DNA from: an uncultured Clostridia bacterium
Lineage (GTDB): Bacteria > Bacillota > Clostridia > Christensenellales > Aristaeellaceae
Assembly (NCBI GenBank): GCA_934647235.1
Contig: CAKUFG010000038.1
Coordinates: 1-17,561 of the forward strand
Direction of reading: 5' to 3'
DNA length: 17,561 bases
Below are positions 16,345 through 17,561 of the stretch, one piece after another (positions within the stretch are counted from its first letter, which is position 1; the number at the start of each line of letters is the position of its first letter). The notes under the pieces were generated by a model that was not told the origin of the DNA, did no database searches, and worked only from the letters and a program-made list of their open reading frames with translations. The position numbers were made by a program, and so were the translations under genes.

Positions 16345-16380
16345 TAAAAAACACCCGCCGGTTGGCCCAACAACCGGCGG
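16345..16380 (-). terminator. Intrinsic terminator ending the DUF3793-flavodoxin transcription unit
   Basis: CCGCCGGTTG (16355-16364) pairs with CAACCGGCGG (16371-16380), a 10-bp stem with a 6-nt loop. On the minus strand it is followed by gtgTTTTTTATT. Confidence 0.8.
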
Positions 16381-16546
16381 ATAGAAAACAGTATTGATAT
16401 TGCCCTTCAAAGGTCTGGTATAGGGATTGGTATATCAGATACAAGCAAGGCAGTGTCTTTCAAGGATCAAAAAGGCGGGTTCACAGTTTATTCGGACGCA
16501 AGGAGGACGCCCGGGGCAGCAGTATCAAATACTGATTTTCTTGGAT

Positions 16547-16654
16547 TTATGCGGGCAGAATGCCCGGACACAGCTGGGACAGCAGACAGCCAAGGGCCGT
16601 CAGGGCAATCGCCAGCGCAAGGGTGGACAGCTTGCTTTTGAGCATGCGCGTCAT
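16547..16654 (-). CDS. Candidate small membrane peptide (35 aa; 32 aa if started at the second ATG)
   Basis: My translation is MTRMLKSKLSTLALAIALTALGCLLSQLCPGILPA: a basic N-terminus followed by one hydrophobic helix. Third codon positions are strongly G/C, as in neighbouring genes. It begins 19 nt after the flavodoxin stop, and AAAGAG lies about 9 nt upstream of the second ATG (16645). It is too short for the ORF track. Confidence 0.35.
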   Translation of the reverse strand: MTRMLKSKLSTLALAIALTALGCLLSQLCPGILPA

Positions 16655-16673
16655 CTCTTTTTAAGCAAAGTGT

Positions 16674-17081
16674 TTATTGCAGCGCCTTGCCCAGCGCTTC
16701 GCACTCGGCCAGCGCGCTGTCGTCGGGATCATCCTGACAGATGACGCTGCCGCAAGCCAGCGTCGCGCCGGCGGAGATGCAGTCCTCTTCCCAGCTGCGC
16801 ATCCATTCGCCGTCGCCCCAGCCATAGGAGCCGAACAGCGCGATCTTTTTGCCCTGCAGATGGGGCTTGCAGGCGTCGAACATCGGCTGGAATTCGCTTT
16901 CCTCCAGCACCTCCGCGCCCATGGCGGGGCAGCCGAAGGCGATCGCATCATACTTGGCTACCTGATCGGCGGAGAATTCCTCCGCGGTAAAGAGCTGCGC
17001 GCCGCACGCCTTGGCAACAGCCTCGGCCATGGCCTGGGTATGGCCCGTGCCGCTCCAATAAACAACAGCAATCTGACTCAT
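16674..17081 (-). CDS. Short-chain flavodoxin
   Basis: MSQIAVVYWSGTGHTQAMAE (the S/T-x-T-G-x-T FMN phosphate loop) and GSYGWGDGEWM. Length is 135 aa. AGGAGG lies 7 nt before ATG 17081. Confidence 0.9.
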   Translation of the reverse strand: MSQIAVVYWSGTGHTQAMAEAVAKACGAQLFTAEEFSADQVAKYDAIAFGCPAMGAEVLEESEFQPMFDACKPHLQGKKIALFGSYGWGDGEWMRSWEEDCISAGATLACGSVICQDDPDDSALAECEALGKALQ

Positions 17082-17111
17082 GACAGAACCTCCTGAAATG
17101 TTGGTTGTATG

Positions 17112-17561
17112 TTAAGCGGCCACAGTCAGCCGCGTAACACCGTATCCTTTATTATGGTAGCAGGCCAGGTAAACCATGCGGCACTTGCGATACAGCGCAA
17201 AGGTGCGCCGCGCCTGCTCCTCGTTGGTATAGGCCTTCCAGTAGCCCACGCAGCAGAAGGCCGCGCCCTGATGCCGGATAAAGCCGATCACATCCGCCAG
17301 CGGGTAATCCAGAAAAATCCCGACCTCATGGGGAAACTCCTCCCCGCAGTGGATGTGGCGCGCCAGCGTTGCCAGCGCGTCGGACAGCCTGAGCGAGGCA
17401 TAACCCTGCCCATGCAGGAAGTCCGCAATGTCTGTGCGTTCCAGCCGCTTTTGCAGCATGGCCGGGCGGTAGACATATACCAGCGCGCCCGCCGGGCAGC
17501 ACTTGAGCAGCCGCACGCGCACGCCCTTTGGCTGAAGCAGACGGTTGACGCTGCTCAGATC
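17112..17561 (-). CDS. DUF3793-like protein, C-terminal part (5' end beyond the window)
   Basis: The frame is open to the window edge (DLSSVNRLLQPKGVRVRLLKCCPAG...). It contains FPHEVGIFLDYPLADVIGFI and CVGYWKAY, which I recall from clostridial DUF3793 proteins that usually sit next to a flavodoxin gene. Confidence 0.5.
   Translation of the reverse strand, partial: DLSSVNRLLQPKGVRVRLLKCCPAGALVYVYRPAMLQKRLERTDIADFLHGQGYASLRLSDALATLARHIHCGEEFPHEVGIFLDYPLADVIGFIRHQGAAFCCVGYWKAYTNEEQARRTFALYRKCRMVYLACYHNKGYGVTRLTVAA

Noticed and set aside
16232-16444. A 70-aa minus-strand ORF (MYLIYQSLYQTFEG...).
   Set aside because: It spans the 10-bp-stem terminator at 16355-16380 and the candidate promoter at 16300-16328 of the downstream gene. 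It also lacks an SD and has an implausible composition.

Overview
This is a high-GC chromosomal segment of Clostridia type, probably from an Oscillospiraceae-like gut anaerobe. A lepA line I counted was 73% G+C. All protein calls rest on motifs read by eye, because no searches could be run.

Gene content, left to right:
- NifU-like gene (truncated at the window edge)
- AT-rich GT-C membrane glycosyltransferase, divergent from a GT2-GtrA fusion gene
- lepA and prfA
- a 0.8-kb non-coding spacer
- topB
- Fe-S aldo/keto reductase
- secreted protein plus HAD-IB hydrolase
- on the minus strand: HMA metallochaperone, a SAM-methyltransferase / bile-salt-hydrolase / XRE-Zn-ribbon operon, a low-GC secreted protein, and DUF3793 / flavodoxin / a possible 35-aa membrane peptide

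I see no rRNA, tRNA, CRISPR array, transposase, integrase, phage gene or recognisable defence gene.

The most unusual feature is the prfA-topB spacer (about 6752-7518). It is one large diverged palindrome made of two inverted ~370-bp copies. Several hairpins are kept intact between the copies by compensatory substitutions, which suggests a structured RNA or ssDNA element of unknown function.

Secondary points:
- a three-component-style surface-glycosylation locus whose GT-C gene looks horizontally acquired
- a methyltransferase co-operonic with a bile salt hydrolase
- a second low-GC secreted-protein cassette
- a small unannotated ORF
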